Origin: Phoronis australis
Taxonomy: Eukaryota; Animalia; Phoronida
Direction of reading: 5' to 3'
DNA length: 64,000 bases
NCBI GenBank assembly: GCA_002633005.1
Contig: NMRA01000030.1
Location: forward strand, 1,399,801-1,463,800
Part shown: one piece after another, positions 23,701 through 35,455 of the stretch
How positions within the stretch are numbered: the stretch's first letter is position 1
How the letters are laid out: each line of letters opens with the position of its first letter
The notes under the pieces: model-generated
Database searches by the model: none
The model's input: only the letters and a program-made list of their open reading frames with translations
Told to the model about the DNA's origin: nothing
Translations under genes and position numbers: made by a program

Positions 23701-26700
23701 CACTTACGTATGCAGTTCGGTACTGAACTCCATACACCGCCAACTTCACACGTAATAGATTTCACCGAGCTCTCATCTGGGTATTCGTATCCGTAGTCAC
23801 ACGTGTACGTCACAACCGTACCGACGCGTGACGTTGGAGCAGTGGTAGCATTCATGGTTCCGCTGGCAAACGGTACCACGGGAGGGACAGGGCAATCTAT
23901 AACGTGCAAAACAAGCAATATGGAGGCATATAGCTAGGCATCGCAGTTGATTAGCGACTAAATCATAGTTTGTATATTCCTGAATTGTTTGTCGATGAGT
24001 GGAAATAAATAACATTAATTGGGCCGCCTCGAACTCCACAGCGACACACGAATCTCGCTGTATTTACCCTCAATGCCGCAATATCCGTCAGCCACTTTTG
24101 CAGCCTCACGGCTTTCAATTGGAGTTTCACATGTTCGTTGTTGCTGACGTATTCTGTACAAGTTCTCGGCTGTGTTACTGTATTCGCCATTCTAAAGGCA
24201 ACAAAATTCTATTGCTGTGGGCTGCAGCTCCCACGGGAGAAAGTTGAGTAAACTAGACAAATATCCGTGGACGCGTGGCGTGAACTTCTTCGCCTTGCCG
24301 ACATCAATCAAAGACAAGAAAACTTCGGAGGTAGTGGATAAAGCAAGGTTGTCGTTAATTTTGATTCTAACAAAATCCCCTTTCTTGAAGATGCCCTTAA
24401 AATTCCGGTACTTTTGAACGGTTGAAGCAAGGGATATTTTCATGGTCAAACATCTTGATGATTCCTGACATAAACTGTAAAAATGTGGCTGACATTCCAA
24501 AATGAGACGCGCTCTCTTGCCTCCGGGACAAAGGAGATAACTATCCTTGTGTATAAGAGACGGCGCTATTAAAGGAACCTTTTGAGACCCGTTGCAGACA
24601 TTCCTACGCGGTAAAATCAGTTTTCTGGCAAACGAAGGTAGTTATGTAGCAGTCTTTACCTATAGATAAAAGTTGATTGAAAAGTCGACGGTGCTGTCCA
24701 TTTTGTTGCTAATGCACACTCACTCCGAATTCCCGTAAATTCGTTCGTTGATCCTCCAAACAACAAGCATAGAGCAAACCAGAAATACAATCAATGACTT
24801 ACCAAGTCTCAACTTGAGAAAATATTAAACAAGGCCGTTGCTGTAAAACTTAGCCTAGTCGTGTTTTCAATCAAGTTTAAATGGGTAAGAAATAAAAATT
24901 ATGTGTACATCCTCTACTATGTATATTTATAATATTGCTTCAGACGTAGGAAACTCGACTTAAAAACTGAAATTCTAAACCATTCACTACGAACCTTGAA
25001 GTCTTTTGCATACGAAGTCCAATTTGTTAGAACAGTCCCTGTCTCTCCAGGAGCCGAGATTAACAGACATCCGGGCACATTTTCCATCATCGTCTGGTTC
25101 CTCTGTGTCCCAGTAAGTCCACTGCGAAGAGGAACTACCTTCCCATCTCCATATTGTACCAAACACTTGGAAATATCCTATCCAAATATTCTTAGTGGTT
25201 ACTCCCACGCTGAAATACGAGGGTAAGAGATTTTGTATCTCCATTGTTGCCAACTTCACTTCATTAGCTCCTCAACTAGCAACATAGGCAGACTATCAAA
25301 ATACGTGACAAAGCAGAATACTATCAAAATAGGTGACAAAGCAGAATACTATCAAAATACGTGACAAAGCAGAATACTATCACAATATGCGAGAAAGCAG
25401 AATACTATCAAAATATGTGAGAAAGCAGAATACTTAACAATTTACTCGAACTAGTCTGAAATTAACAAAAGAAAAACGTTCCTCTAAAAGGCGTAATGCT
25501 TTGAAGATGCTTTGAATAAGCATTGGGTGTATAAGCCATGTCCTTGTAATTCCAACAGTAAGCCGCTTGAAATCAAGTTCACACAACTCAAGACTCATAG
25601 AGCATGAGACAAATGAAGGCTCCATGTGGATAAAATCTCAAAATTCACGGCACATCTCAAACATAATACATAACGTGTTGGTTTGGTCCACATGTTGGGG
25701 CCCAAATATAATAACGACTTCATTGCCAAGGTGCCGATTAGGCCGAACGCTAACTGGCCCTGGCTGGTAACAGCTAACACAGGTGAAACCAATTTACCTA
25801 AGCGAGTACACGTAGTCGTTCTCCGCCTTGTTCTCGATAAAAACGAGATCACTATACAAGATGTCGCACTGACGACTTGCTTCCGACCACGTGGTTGAGT
25901 TGTGGACGCCTGATACAAAGTAGCAGTAGTCAAAGTTTTTGTACCATCCAGCAGCACATACTCCACCTATGTGAGAGAAACGTGTTGAATAATTGCTACA
26001 GCATGCTGGCCCGTAGGAGGCAAGGCCGCAACACTCCTCCCGCTCATCACCACCTACCAGACTAATCAGTCGTCACCATTTTCCATCTCCCCGTAATCGT
26101 GGTCGTCTTTTAAATGTCAAATTTGTTTACAACTGCGCACACACGAATTTCACGTTTCCGTATTTAAAATCAACATTCTCCGATCTCGTGTGAAAGACTC
26201 TAAGCCTCAAAGTACTAGAGAATGTCCCCAAAAGCTGTTCCACTTTCGACGACCACGAAGGGATATAAATAATCTTTTATATTCACTTCCGATATATGTA
26301 CCCTCAGTGGACGACGTGACAGCGGTTAGGTTTCGCACGTCTTTTCACATGAATTAATTGAATTCTCAGCCTAACAAGCAATGCTATTTAACAAATATCG
26401 GTATTTGTCGCAAAGATCTCACGACAGGGGCCGAGGTCGAATGTCAATATCACTTGGTGTCCTTGTGTATATTTGGTTATGGACGATGGTGGTTGGGTGA
26501 TGTTGGTGGTGGAGATACGTTCTACATAATGATTACTACCAACGCCTGTCTCTTCACAAATTGTAGGTACGCAATGGAAAGCAATTACTGTAACTTGCAG
26601 ATTTGGACCGAACAATTATCATCCACGGCTCATCCTTCCTTAACGCATAATGCGACTATAACACTTTTGATTTCGCGATTTGTTACAGAAAAAATCACAC

Positions 26701-27056
26701 CTGTTTGACACTCAAAAAGAACGACCCGCATTAATTGAGGCGTCATTATCAATCAATACCGAATGCTATAAAGAGATATTAAAACTCCTAAAAAGCAAAA
26801 TAGAACAGCAGGCTACAAACTGACGAGACAAATGATTATAACTTTCTGTGTCAGACTTACGTTACCCCGACAAGCCCGATCTATGCTGTATAAGGTAACA
26901 ATTCGCGATAAACCTTACAACGGTATACAGTAGCTTTCATGACCACCTGAATCTGCCTATGATCTCTCAGTCCAATCGCTACCTACCTTGAACTGTCGGC
27001 AGACTACTGACGATAACGATGACAGTGATTGATAACTGGAAAACAACAGAAAACAT
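17787..27056 (-). CDS. Selectin-like type I membrane protein: signal peptide, C-type lectin domain, 5 sushi/CCP domains, TM, acidic cytoplasmic tail (~648 aa). Exons 27056-26987, 25966-25798, 25209-24995, 23896-23708, 23339-23148, 22713-22534, 22253-22071, 21696-21514, 18352-17787
   Basis: All introns are GT-AG with compatible phases, and the join is 1947 nt with no stop. Signal peptide MFSVVFQLSITVIVIVSSLPTVQG. CTLD: CAAGWYKNFDYCY...TWSEASRQC...WIG...EPD...C...WRDRDC...FVC. Five phase-1 exons of 180-192 bp each encode a 4-Cys CCP with Y/WxC and W..C motifs. TM IGAIAIVLIVLLVAGLVLF. The start codon is uncertain (in-frame ATG at 27095 or an upstream exon is possible), and extra exons in 18353-21513 cannot be excluded. 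Confidence 0.88.
18922..19322. repeat. ~110-bp direct duplication on either side of an N plus poly-A
   Basis: AAGAATTCCCTTCCTGG...TCTTACAAGTCAT at ~18923-19032 and ~19213-19323, one mismatch seen; N at 19192 followed by an A-run. Confidence 0.85.
19690..20047. repeat. 41-bp minisatellite, ~9 copies, intronic
   Basis: Unit approximately CAGCCTTGGTAACTTGCATGTTTTAATGTCTT(GAG/AGG)TCTACN; CAGCC recurs at 19742, 19823, 19864, 19905, 19946, 19986, 20027. Confidence 0.92.
20886..21422. mobile_element. MITE with ~85-bp TIRs, intronic
   Basis: GGGCAATAG...TTTGAGAACCAGTTTGAT...TTATTCAGTGGAGAAAACTG is mirrored by CAGTTTTCTCCACTGAATAA...ATCAAACTGGTTCTCAAA...CTATTGCCC; short AACTCACA repeats lie inside. 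Confidence 0.75.
25289..25434. repeat. 28-bp minisatellite, ~5 copies, intronic
   Basis: Unit GCAGAATACTATCAAAATA(C/G/T)GTGA(C/G)AAA. Confidence 0.92.
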
Positions 27057-30000
27057 ACATGGATTCTTTAAAACTTCTCCATGAAACAACTTCATAAATA
27101 ATGTTAAACAAAAAAATTGAAAATGACAGACAGGCTAGTGAAAACTTGTCCACTCACTTTACGCTATTCTCGCTCTTCTCATAGGTTAATTAAGGTTTTA
27201 CGTGATTCATACAAAGTTGCTAGCTCTAAAACATACGCTCGTTTGCAGGTCAGGAAACCCCGTTAATGTCAACTTTAGGGTGTGGTTACTTCATGCTATT
27301 CTCTTTATCAGTCATTCCATAAACTTGTTTAAATACACGTACAACAAAACCACCACATGCACAGAGACCAATGCTCGAAATAATTTTATTTCACAGTTCG
27401 CCTTGCTATATTTTACAAACTTTTATTTAGTGTTTGTGTCAATAACGTGGTCTAACATCTTTTAGTCAAGTAATGATGACAACATTTACAAACCATGTAT
27501 ATCTTTGCCCGAGATGGGGCACGTGTTTTCGTTAGTAAACCTATTGTATAAATTAACCATCCATCGGCGGGACTCTGTTCTTGTCAACATGTTTGCAAAG
27601 GAAAGAAACCGGTCATAGCGGCACTGACGGGAATTTTATGAATCCATAGCAGGAAAAAAACAAGTAACTTAACGTAAGCACGCCCAGTGTCACTTTGTCG
27701 CCCCGATGTCGTGTTGTGTCCCTTTAGACTTCGGCTTCAGTAGGAGATACATAGATTAAATATTTTAATTAGTCAAGACAAAATGTTGAAATACCTGAAC
27801 AAGACGTATTTGGTTCATCGTCACTGCGTTATCCTCCAGTTAACATGACTGTTAAACACAAAAAGTTTAGTATCGGCCATTTTCTCATCTCTCCATACTG
27901 TACAATAATGGGGAATCGTTAACCTCGGGCAACCAACTGTACCTGTAACGCAAAACAAATACTGATTATAAGAATCGATCTATCGATTCGGTGGACAACA
28001 TTCAAACAATATAAAAGGCGGATCGATCGTGCATTAATTGAAAATTAATTGTTCCGACATTATGGTGTTATGCAGTGCCATGTCTCACGATTATTCAGCA
28101 TTCGATCAAACGTGTACAATCAATCCGATTGACTTCAGTCAGACGGAAAGGTTTCATTCATAATTCCGGCACCAGGTGTCACGCTATATGTCGATTGACA
28201 AGACCATGTAGTTGGAAAGTATCCCAACAAGTGCATTAGACTAGCGTTCGTACGGAGATAAGAACATACTTTATGTCACAAGAGACGACAAAGTCTATTT
28301 CTACAACTTAAAAAAACACAAAAATTGGTACAGTGGGTTCAATGTATAAACCCACATACAATCTTTAGAGTTTTCGAAGTCCCGTCTACACTGTTAAACA
28401 TCATCAAGCTTTAGAATTTTTAAGTCCTGTCCACAGTGCTTAACTCCATCAAACTGATGCGAGCACCCAGCTTAAAAACTGGGAGCTCGTATTTTTGAGA
28501 ATGCGCATCTTTTACTAAAACAAAAACGGGGTACGTTCAGAGATCTCAGTGAATTGTGCATTCGCCGAATTGTGGTAGCTCCTGCCTCTTTAGTGGACTT
28601 TTGTCTCTTGTTTTTTTTTTCATTTTTTGGAGTTTTTGTTTCTTTGAGGCGGACCTATTTGCCCACTTCGCCAAATGAGGGGGCTCGTTCGAGCCCCCCC
28701 CCGAGCCTCCCCCTGGGTGAGCGCATGATACTTTTGTTTGGAAACGTGACAAAATTCCGAGTTTTCTGATGTTTCGGTGAATTCAGCAAACAGTCTGCAT
28801 TAACAAATTCTATCAAAGTTTGATCGTGTACTGACAGAAATTTGTTTGAAAACTCTACCATAAATTTCTCCATGATAGCAAGTAGCAGCATATGTTGATA
28901 AAAACAACGATGGATATAAATTAGCAAGCCGAATTAAACCCATCGTCGTTTTTATGTACCATAAATTCGAGTTACATTGGCAAGCATAGAAACGGGTGTT
29001 CCTAGCCTGAGAGTGGGTAAAATGTACCCTAATTAAAATATCGCAACCGCATTGGCTGACAAAAACATAATTTCATGCTGCACTTCAAACAAACCGTTAT
29101 CGCTAAGTCCCCGCGCCTATATCTGAGAAACTCTAACAATTCCTCACATACTTTTGGTACAAAACCTGATCTTTCATAGCCTACAAATTGACACAGTAAT
29201 TACATATTTAATGCGGCATAAAATTATCAGCATATCTCTATCAACGATAGAAGGCCACTCTGTGCAACCATAACGCATCACAGGACGTTATCAGTTTCTT
29301 TGATAATGTATATTCGCGATAGAGTGCACATTTCTAAACAAATTAAACAGAGACGACTTTAATGTAGATGTGTGGACGCTCATGATAAAAGGCAGTGTAT
29401 CCAGAGCGTATAACAGCTCAAGATGTTGTTTGATAAATTCATTAAGAGATCCGATACTAGTCGGGTTAGAAAAACAAATACAACTAAATTAAAGACGCAG
29501 CAGTCGTGGTGAACACAGATTGCCGCTCAGAACCAAGAACTAAGTTCAAAAGAGTTGATCATCCGAACTTTACGAAATTAATAAATCAGACAGCAGCACA
29601 TGAAATCTACAAGCTTGGCATGAGTGTAGCCCTAAGGTGGCCCACAGCCAGGGGTGTGCACAATATCACAACACTGCCTTCCGTCTCTAACCCACACGTT
29701 GCCAATGTCAGCGTGCAATGTACACAGTAGCTAGGACAGAATTGGTGACTACGAAGGAAGGAGGGCATAACAAACTGTAACAAAACCAGCTGTGTTGAAA
29801 AGCAAGGCGACCGGCTACCAAACTCGCAGCCTCCCTTTTCATTGGACCAAACCCCTACATTTATGATTCAACATCGATTTAAATGAGATAGGACGGATGC
29901 GACAGATGATCGCAGTGGCAATGCACAAGATGACATGTAGTCACGTTTCAATCTGTAAGTTCAAACTATTGACTGTCAGGCCTTACACATAGGCCTACAT

Positions 30001-31243
30001 TTCAGAAACCGAATGGCTTCTTATACATGGGGGTGGGGTGGCAGGAAATCGAATGGGGTGCCGTGGGGCAAGATCTCTGTCCTGTGCCTGTACATGTAAG
30101 TAACCTTAACGAGCAAACGTTTTCATGTTAAATTCAACAGTATACCTTCGCTACATTTCCCAGTTACCACTTTTAAAATTCAAATTTGGCCATGAAACTA
30201 TGTATGTAGTTTTAGAAATCATGATAAGCACAGAGCGTATTAAGCAACGAAAATACTGACCTTTTAGTCACCTGTTTTTTATTTAAAAATCGCAGAACTA
30301 CGTAATTTCCGTAGTGTTGAAAAAATCATGATACCGAGAAAAGCATATTCATTTTCCGCATTTAAAGCTGTATTTCGTCCTATTTAGCTGGCTAAAAACG
30401 AAAATTGAATTTACTTTCATCAAACTAGTTACCTGTCCCTTAGCAGCATTCCGTTACCGATCCAAGTCACAGGTAATGCGTATGCCTACATACGACATTT
30501 TTGAGTTTGCAATTTTAGGGTTGGCTAACCCCATAACGAATCTTTCCTTTTTGGTTCGCTGAACATGTTGATGCTCTTGTTGGTAACGGAAAAGGAATCC
30601 CATCACGGCAGAGAATAAGGAGAAAAGAAACCCGGCAACAAGCGCTGAGTTTAGGGTCATCAAGAACCCCTTTTTTGCACAATACAGTTGGGGACCTGAT
30701 TCGTGGTTTAAACGTGGATCACCACCAGGTGCACGTAGGTGCAATTGATTTCCAGGCATTTTGACAATTGGGCAATACACGGTATCTTAATTTTATTTGT
30801 GACTATTTGGGACGGACACTGTGCAAGAAGGCGATTGAAGCGGCACGTGAATACAAAGATGAACAAGAGACAGTGATTATTATATATATTCAGTTTAGAA
30901 CGCGCAGTTTCCATTAAATATTTTATATGTTTGCATTTGAAGACTGTTGAGGTGTAACAGAACCAATTTGTAAGCGCTTTTTATGGAAATAAAACGTGAA
31001 TATCCACGGACATTATCTACATGAACACAGAGACCAGACATGTGTCACTCACTTGCTTCTAACCGTGGATGATTACACGTTGATAAATAGTTGTAGAATA
31101 AACGTTTTAAAACAATTCGGACGTCTAGTATAAACGTCGATGAAAGACGAGGAATTGAGATGAAAACAAACGAGCAGTAAAGTCAGTCAGGATTCGTTAC
31201 AAGTGTTTCGCGGTTTGGGACGGCTAAGAGCTCAGGCGAGTGT

Positions 31244-31253
31244 TGATTGACAG
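31244..31253 (+). promoter_or_regulatory. TGATTGACAG PBX-MEIS/PREP composite site about 205 bp upstream of the Hlx ATG
   Basis: Exact match to the established decameric TALE heterodimer motif in a promoter-proximal position; function is inferred only. Confidence 0.45.
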
Positions 31254-31457
31254 CCATTAGCGAATGTAGGCTGAACCAGAGGGCTGAAAAAGGCTGATTT
31301 CTTAAGAAAAAGAACATTAATTGTTCACGAGTGTCTATCATAACTTGCTGTTACTGAGAGGTCTGGGCATTTTACAACATCACTTAAAAGAGATCCACAC
31401 TGAGATTCGCGCTTTTTCAATATTTCAAATCGACGCTGCCAGGTATCGACCGATTTA

Positions 31458-34400
31458 ATGCACATGGAGAGTGATCATCGCAAAATGTATTCGTCTGGAT
31501 TCACGCATTTGCCAAACCCTTTCTACAGTTATCAATACTGGCCAACTGTTGTAGAGTTGTCCCCTAATCAAAGCCAGTCGGAGACCCATACAGACCTAAG
31601 TCGAGGAACGCAGGGTCTGATTGTTGCGACGAACTGCAGGCAGTGTTTGAAGGACCAAGAGCGTAAGCAGCCTAAATGTACGTCAAATATGGAGAGTGGT
31701 GCTGTGAACGCTCAGGGAGGGAAAAGTATGGAATTGAAATTTGGAATACAAAGGATATTGTCTGGTAAAACGACGGAAAAAGAGAGCGACCCAAAAGGTA
31801 AGTGCTTTATTTGTATAAGACGAAGCACTTTGTCACCGCTTGTAAAACGGAAAACACGGCATAAAATGTTCGGTTATGACTTTCGCTAATATCAAAGTAA
31901 ACACGGGAATTTATAATGCAATACCACAAACAACGATCACCATGATGTCGAGACGAAATTACGCATTTTCTGGGAACATTTTCGTATAGTTACATTTTTG
32001 GGGAGATGCAAAGATCCAGGATATAAAGTCACGCACTTACATTCGAATACAATGCCATAACATTTTTGGGGGTATGAAGCCAGTCGTCATTTACTTAGTT
32101 TTCCACCAATCATCCATGTCCACAATGATAAGTATTTTCAAAAATAATAAAATACCATAACTAATAACAGAGGTACACTAGATATTCATTTTCAATGTTA
32201 TCAGCTACAATCCAAAACACCAATTTCAGTGCACGGTAACACTCAAGTGATCAAGCCGACGCCGTACATTCAGCCTAGCGCCCCATGCTGCACTGCCACC
32301 TGTTGTGTGCTTTACGCCGGACCCATTCCATTCTCACCCCCAAACCAGCCAGTTATTCGCCATGCACGAGACAACAATGCAGGTAGGCAATACAGAGTTC
32401 TTATGTATAACCCTGTCCACTCAAGAGGCTACTGAGAAGAGGTGGGCCTCCACTTGATAAAAATCGAATGTAAGTACATGGGCTTACATTTGGGGAAAAG
32501 TGTACGTGTTCACAGAATTTGTAGTCACTAGATGTCAGCCCCTAATTGTAGTCTATGTAGTGCGCATGTGCATGCAAATTATTCGTAAAGAAGAAGTCCG
32601 TAACTGGTATCACTGGGTTTGGATCAAAACTTCAAGCGAAAAAGGAAAACCCTCAGTAGACCAAGGACTGTTGTGACACAGTACCCGACACATATTGTCA
32701 CCCTGGCGACTATGCCGAGTGCGACAACATGTGACGTCAATATCGACACATATTGTTCCCCACTGCGATAACATGTGTCGGGTGCGACATTAAGAGCACA
32801 AAAACACCGGCACATATTGTTGTCCCCATACCTATGGAAAGAGGCAGTCAGTCCCGGCCGCTTACCATGATTTTTGGTACAAAGGCAGACCCAAGGTCAA
32901 ATGGTGGTCCAGGAAATGGCAAAAGACGTACACCAAAACGAGTTTGAATCAAGTTGCCCACGAGGGAAAGGTCCATTAGATGATTAATGACGATGACAAC
33001 TACGCCTGACGCAAGCCTCGTTTCCAGGAGCGTTGGTTTTGCAAACAGGAACATTTGCGATACTAAGGACGTGTTTCACTTCAAACTTTCGATAACCACC
33101 CTACTTAAACTAAGGATCCGCACTCTGGCCGACTGTCACACCCAACTCATCCAACGTGAGAGTTCCTAGTCGAAGTTAAGATTTGTCCTTGCTTTCACCT
33201 TGGGTTACACGTAGTATCCTATAGGCTGCAGGCATACAGTTGCGGAATTTCGCTTAAGGCAGATGCTTTTAGGGAACGATAATATTTGTAATCGCATTGT
33301 GACAGCATATATTGTCGTACTATGATGCAATCTGTAATTCACAAAAGTGACAGCGATGAGCACTATGTGTCCCCCGTAGGACTAACCACGACAAATAGTC
33401 TTAACACGGCTGGTCACTTTACGCCTCAAGAATGGTCTCAAGCAGCAGCGAACCATCGTTTTCTAAAAAGCTAAGAAATAACTTTTAGCTCGTTTTGTTG
33501 ACAGAAAATCCGTTTGTAGCACGTTTAACTTGTACATATACCGTTTCAGAATTCAATCTGCACGATTCAACAGCATCGCAGCCAAAGAGAAAACGATCAT
33601 GGAGTCGCGCGGTGTTTTCAAACCTCCAAAGGAAGGGTCTAGAAAAAAGATTCGAGATCCAAAAATACGTAACAAAACCGGACAGGCGACAACTAGCGGC
33701 AATGCTGGGACTAACAGATGCTCAGGTACGTGAATTAATGTGGCAAAAAGCAGACTTGGCTGAAAACAACATCTTTGTAACCCAGGACACAATGTCCAAC
33801 GTGACCTCTAGTGTACATCAACTTTGGTAGACTAACTTAGAGTACAAACAGCAAGTTTAAATTTCTTCATTCTCGGGTAATGGAGTTAAGACATTGTATC
33901 ATCTACATTGTGAATAACGGCCGCCACTGACGGCTCACGGTGGCACATTGCAAAATTAGATTATTTTGTTTTATAGCACGTAATTGGTGATAACAGTGTT
34001 TTGTCTCATAACAATCTATCTTACATTTAAATGTCGTGGGAATGTGAATAAAAAGATGAAGTTTTAATGGCAACGATTTTATTGGCTTTCCAAACGTTGG
34101 AAAACGTCCATAGGTGAATTGGCATAATTTGTTTTGCGTAAGATTGAAACGATTACATGTGAATAAGATCCTGTAGGAAATATGTGAAGTGCATTTTAAA
34201 TAATAGCTTCAGTTAAGCACAAGTAATATGCTAAAAATCTAATTACTTCTTTTCTCCGATTGAAATCGAAATCAAAAAGAGTGAATTGTAAACAACAAAC
34301 CTTCAATTTGAAAGAGTGTTTCCTCATTTGCGGAAATAGAAAAATACATTGTATCACTGACCTAGTTTTCGAAAGGTACAGTATATGACGACTAACACTC

Positions 34401-35455
34401 GACAGAATAGAAGAGAACACCGTGGAATAATTACAAATGAGTAAGATTTTTAAAACATTAAAATATCAAGTTACAGGCCAACGTTCTGTTTCGTGAAAAG
34501 TGATTAAGAGCAGACTTAGGACAGGAATTTGGTCTTACGCTCCACAAAACTATTTCAGAATCTGTAAAATAATGAAAACTCACTTCAGCAAAAACACAAA
34601 GTTTCTGAGAATATACCCAAAAACTGCTACTTACTGAAAATATGAACAAACTACTTTGAGGAAGTGATTTGTTAAGAATTATATGACTTAACTTTTATTT
34701 AGTAATTGTAAAGTGGGAGCGTACGGCCACATTTCTGCCTTAAGTAACGTTTCATAGAACAGATACCTATGGGTTTCACAAACAAGTGGCCATTTGACGG
34801 AGACTGTCCAGTGGTAAACAAATGCTTTTAATTTGTTGAGACCAACCCTACGATAAGCAACTTAATACAAGAAAAATATGTTGCACTCTAAAGATAGCCC
34901 ACATTCCTCCCTCACGAACCCCACAGACCTTCTCACTTTACGATCAACGATTTCCAAAAACAAAGTTATTTTCTCAAGCCCTCCAATTCTTTTTCTCAAG
35001 CATTCAAGCATAGCAAGGCTTTTATTACGAACACATTTTTCCCGTGAGCCACGTTTCAGTCTTGGAAAACACTTGCCCGCTCCACCCCATAGCATTACAT
35101 CAAGCGTGCGCTTCTTACTCATGCCATCTGTTGGAGAATGCTAAGAACTACGGTTTAAGCAAAAGAAATGTGCTGTGCGCGGAAAAGAAAACAGAGCTCG
35201 CGAGAAAAAAATAACCAAGACATACTGCTGTTGGCCAAAAATGTTACAATGAAACTATTTACGACTACTCTTCATGGTATCCCAGCTCCTTCCAAAAACA
35301 AAGTTATAAAAGCTCAGACATCACAATGTTTTTTCCTGCAGGTAAAAGTTTGGTTCCAGAACCGCCGTATGAAGTGGAGGCATAGTAAAGAATCAGAAAA
35401 GCACTATCATTCAAAGCAAGCGATGGAAAACGAGCGAGCAACAAACACTGAGTGA
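31458..35455 (+). CDS. HLX: H2.0-like homeobox protein (Hlx), ~260 aa. Exons 31458-31797, 32230-32382, 33550-33725, 35342-35455
   Basis: The spliced homeodomain RKRSWSRAVFSNLQRKGLEKRFEIQKYVTKPDRRQLAAMLGLTDAQ|VKVWFQNRRMKWRH is essentially the HLX homeodomain, with an intron at the Q|V position in helix 3. Exon 1 has the eh1 Groucho-binding motif LKFGIQRIL. GT-AG phases 1,1,0 give an open 783-nt join. Exon 2 and the exact start Met are less certain. Confidence 0.95.
32686..32828. repeat. Repeat fragment with direct and inverted CGACACATATTGT motifs in Hlx intron 2
   Basis: Three direct copies of C(G)ACACATATTGT interleaved with inverted (A)ACATGTG(A/T)CG copies; probably a MITE subterminal array. 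Confidence 0.55.

Noticed and set aside
23963-24500. ORFs in the intron between the CTLD and first CCP exon as an extra domain (EGF/WSC)
   Set aside because: No diagnostic Cys pattern in any frame, and the flanking exons already join in phase.
27158-27182. ATG...GTGAGT mini-exon as the first coding exon of the lectin gene
   Set aside because: It contains an in-frame TAA and has the wrong phase; at most a 5' UTR exon.
32205-32229. Upstream AG acceptor for Hlx exon 2
   Set aside because: It leads to a stop after about 11 codons, whereas the acceptor at 32229/32230 keeps the frame open.
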